Shown one piece after another: positions 35,054 through 37,468 of a stretch of 37,468 nt of DNA. This stretch comes from a virus (taxonomy: Duplodnaviria > Caudoviricetes). The position numbers and the translations under genes were made by a program. The notes under the pieces are model-generated. The model worked only from the letters and a program-made list of their open reading frames with translations. It did not search any database and was not told the origin of the DNA. Every line of letters begins with the position of its first letter. Positions within the stretch are counted from its first letter, which is position 1. The DNA is taken from IMG/VR virus record IMGVR_UViG_3300034279_000888, positions 1 through 37,468 of that record, one strand, 5' to 3'.

Positions 35054-36055
35054 TCAGGCCGGGACCAGGGTCTCGGTGTTGTCGATGGCGTCGCAGCAAC
35101 GGATCGGCACGCCCAGGAACGTCAGCCACGACTGCGGCTGCCCGAACTGCGTGATCGACTGCTGGATGTTGAGCACGCCGTTGCTCCGATCCATCGCCTG
35201 AAGGGCGAGGCCGGTGTGCGCGGCGCGGTTCATGTAGAACACGGGGCGACCCATGTTCTGGTTCGGCAGCTTGTACAGCGCCCGCAGCATCAGCTTGATC
35301 AGGAGCGTGGTCGCGTTGGCCCCCTGCGAACCGTTCTGACCACCGAGGTCGGCGACCGGCAGGTTGCAGATGCGCACGACGTAGCGCCAGTCCTTGTTGA
35401 CCAGCCCGCCCTTCCACTGGTAGCGCGTGGAGAGCGCCTGCATGCGGTTGACACCGTCGTAGACGGTCTGCTCGCCGAGATCCTCGTGGACGAGGCCGGC
35501 CTTGCTGCCCTTCGGGAACGGGCAGTACAACGTGTTCTCGCCCCAGCAGGCGAGCCACACCGACGTGCCGGCCGAAGTCGTCGCGCGGATGACGTTCTCG
35601 CCCACCGTGCCCGACGCCGTGGAGTAGCGAGCCGTGAGGCCCAGGAACTCCTGCGGAGCCGTCTGCGGGTTGCCGTAGAACAGCGTCCGCGCCCAGCGCT
35701 GGTTCATCGCCTCCAGGAACGCCACGTCCTCGGACAGCCGGAACTGCGAGGTGTTGCCGTTCAGCATCGCGAGATCCTTGTCGATCTCCGAGCGCGCCTC
35801 CAGGATGGCGCACGCCTCGTCGACCTGCGTGGTCGTCGACTTGCTGTTCGGGATGCCCTGGTTCAGGGCGCGGTAGTACACGTCCGGCAGGCCCGTGCGG
35901 ATGACGACGCGCTCGCCCGTCGGGAGGTTGCCCTCCTTCCAAACGGCGTCTTGCAGGATCTCGTTGCGCTGGCTCAGAAGCTCCGCGATCACCGGCGTGT
36001 TGCCGTTCGGATCGGTTCGCTTCGCCCAGTCGAGCAGGGTCAGTCGAAAGCTCAT
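35054..36055 (-). CDS. Major capsid protein, BPP-1 Bbp17-like (333 aa)
   Basis: LTLLDWAKR.DP.G, ELLSQ.NEIL.D, EGNLPTG, RTGLP, FLEAMNQ, FYG, DWRYVVRI.N, F.GVPIR..DAI.NTE. Confidence 0.93.
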   Translation of the reverse strand: MSFRLTLLDWAKRTDPNGNTPVIAELLSQRNEILQDAVWKEGNLPTGERVVIRTGLPDVYYRALNQGIPNSKSTTTQVDEACAILEARSEIDKDLAMLNGNTSQFRLSEDVAFLEAMNQRWARTLFYGNPQTAPQEFLGLTARYSTASGTVGENVIRATTSAGTSVWLACWGENTLYCPFPKGSKAGLVHEDLGEQTVYDGVNRMQALSTRYQWKGGLVNKDWRYVVRICNLPVADLGGQNGSQGANATTLLIKLMLRALYKLPNQNMGRPVFYMNRAAHTGLALQAMDRSNGVLNIQQSITQFGQPQSWLTFLGVPIRCCDAIDNTETLVPA

Positions 36056-36065
36056 CGGTCAGGTC

Positions 36066-36683
36066 TCACTTCTTGGTTGGGTACAGAGCGTCCGCGTAGG
36101 TGCTGAAATCGCCGGACTGCACGCTCTGGGCAGCCTGACGGGAACCGCCGACGTAGCGGTCCGTGTCGATCGCCTTGCCGGCCTTGAGGAAGAACCGGAT
36201 CACCTCCGGGTGATTCCCGAGGCCGGACTCGTTGAGCAGGTCGCGCAGTGCCTGCGATCCGAACGCATCGAGTGCCTTCTTGGCGGTCGCCAAGTTCTCC
36301 TGGAGCTTCGCGCCGCCGAACTCCTTGTCGGCCTTGCTCGTCTCCATCCACTCGGTGCGCATCTGCTCCAGCTGCTTGCTCTGTCGCTCCTGCATCGCAG
36401 GCGCGACCCGATCGAGCAGCTTCTGCGCTGCTTCCGGTGCCAGCTGCAACTCCTTGGCGGCATCCCCGTAGGTCTTCAAGACCTCCGCGTCGAACGAGAC
36501 GCCCTCGGGCGACTTGAACTCGTACGACGGCTCCACCTTGGCCTGAGCCGTGGTGGTGGTGTTGCTGCCTTGCTGCTGCTGCCCGGCCTGCTGCTGCGAC
36601 TCCGGTGCCTTGGAGGTCACGAGAGTCGTCGCGGTGGCGGCTCCTTCACTGGGGTTTGCGGACGCCATCTGCGTTGCGGTCAT
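36066..36683 (-). CDS. Capsid scaffolding/assembly protein (205 aa)
   Basis: YEFK.PEG, AKEL.L..E.AQKL.D, DKEFGG, LN.SGLGNHPEVIRFF.KAGKAI; upstream of the MCP. Confidence 0.8.
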   Translation of the reverse strand: MTATQMASANPSEGAATATTLVTSKAPESQQQAGQQQQGSNTTTTAQAKVEPSYEFKSPEGVSFDAEVLKTYGDAAKELQLAPEAAQKLLDRVAPAMQERQSKQLEQMRTEWMETSKADKEFGGAKLQENLATAKKALDAFGSQALRDLLNESGLGNHPEVIRFFLKAGKAIDTDRYVGGSRQAAQSVQSGDFSTYADALYPTKK

Positions 36684-36984
36684 TGTGTTCCTTCACCATG
36701 GTGGTGTAGTGCTCAGGGCAGTGCGTGTGGATCAGGGCCAGCATGCGGTTGCCGAAGTTCCGAGTGCCCTCGGCGAATGCCATGTGCATCGCGTTGGGGT
36801 TGAACGACAGACGGAACACGCCGCTCTGATCCAGAAGCCGCCACAGGATGCGACGGCCCCGCTTGCTGCTCATCAGCCACCGGATGTCCGCCTCCTCGGA
36901 TTCAGCTGCCAGCTTCTCGCGAAGGAGCCGCTCGGCTCTCTCGCGATCCTGGGCTGCCGTGTCGTGCGGGTCGTAGTGGCTCAC
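36646..36984 (-). CDS. Conserved head-module protein, Bbp19-like (112 aa)
   Basis: DIRWLMSSKRGRRILWRLL..SGVFRLSF....MAFAEG.RN.G. Confidence 0.8.
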   Translation of the reverse strand: MSHYDPHDTAAQDRERAERLLREKLAAESEEADIRWLMSSKRGRRILWRLLDQSGVFRLSFNPNAMHMAFAEGTRNFGNRMLALIHTHCPEHYTTMVKEHNDRNADGVRKPQ

Positions 36985-37032
36985 GGTCGGACGGTATGGC
37001 CGCCGCCGGCAACTACGGGCACGCGCGGGCAG

Positions 37033-37194
37033 CTAACCAGCGCGCAAGGTCTCAAGGTCGGCAGCGATCTGCGCCATCTCGGCGTCGATCTGCTCGATGC
37101 GGCCGACGTCACCGAGGCGCAGTGCGCATGTGCGCTGCGTGCCAAGGTTGACCAGCGCGGCCTCGTACAACTCGATGCGTTGGGCGGTGTCCAT
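37033..37194 (-). CDS. Hypothetical protein (53 aa)
   Basis: ATG 37194 overlaps the upstream stop (TGATG); helical sequence. Confidence 0.55.
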   Translation of the reverse strand: MDTAQRIELYEAALVNLGTQRTCALRLGDVGRIEQIDAEMAQIAADLETLRAG

Positions 37195-37468
37195 CAGATC
37201 ACCATTTGGCGCAGGTGGATTGCCGCCGTGTTGTGCACCATGTGGACGTAATAGATCTCCGTCGCGCCGTCCTTGTAGATCACGTCGAACGCTGTGTCGC
37301 CGACGATCGCCGCGCCCTGCGGGTACAGCATCGTTGACCACGGGAACATCTCAGACCGGGCGAAGTCGAACGCGAACCAGCGGCCCGTCACCTCCTTCTG
37401 GAGGTAAAGGATGCCGTCGATCAGCGCGTACTTGCTGCCCGTCGTGAACGTCTCCGCGTTCGGCGAGT
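37194..37468 (-). CDS. C-terminus of a beta-rich, probably virion-associated protein (truncated at the right edge)
   Basis: Frame is open to the edge: SPNAETFTTGSKYALIDGILYLQKEVTGRWFAFD...HLRQMVI*. Confidence 0.65.
   Translation of the reverse strand, partial: SPNAETFTTGSKYALIDGILYLQKEVTGRWFAFDFARSEMFPWSTMLYPQGAAIVGDTAFDVIYKDGATEIYYVHMVHNTAAIHLRQMVI

Noticed and set aside
34509-35942. Cement frame open far into the MCP gene, suggesting a frameshifted MCP-cement fusion
   Set aside because: No X XXY YYZ slippery site seen near the MCP end; the cement gene has its own AAGGAG SD; open alternate frames are common at this GC

Overview
GC-rich dsDNA phage sequence, apparently most of one podovirus-like genome with a Bordetella phage BPP-1-type morphogenesis module. 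Left to right: truncated terminase small subunit (minus strand, absent from the ORF track); a leftward operon of small genes behind near-consensus sigma70 promoters with distinct codon usage; a non-coding 15-bp tandem repeat; a YqaJ/RecT recombination cassette (-); a Cro/XRE HTH gene; a leftward operon (RusA-like, replication initiator, an array of small genes with repeated junctions, second RusA); a second, inverted YqaJ/RecT cassette (+) with an Xis-like HTH gene; holin-like and lipoprotein genes; then the virion module (-): a 3702-aa polyvalent internal virion protein, two more internal virion proteins, tail nozzle, a glycosidase-adaptor fusion, cement, major capsid and scaffold proteins. 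No terminase large subunit, portal, integrase, endolysin, polymerase or reverse transcriptase is recognisable in the window. Most notable: the duplicated recombination module including its divergent promoter region, the micro-homology-linked gene array between the copies, the multi-effector giant protein (HhH glycosylase-like, GNAT-like, ADP-ribosyltransferase-like, HExxH), the beta-helix glycosidase fused to the tail adaptor, and a candidate leaderless late-promoter motif. All family assignments come from motif recognition by eye; no searches were run.
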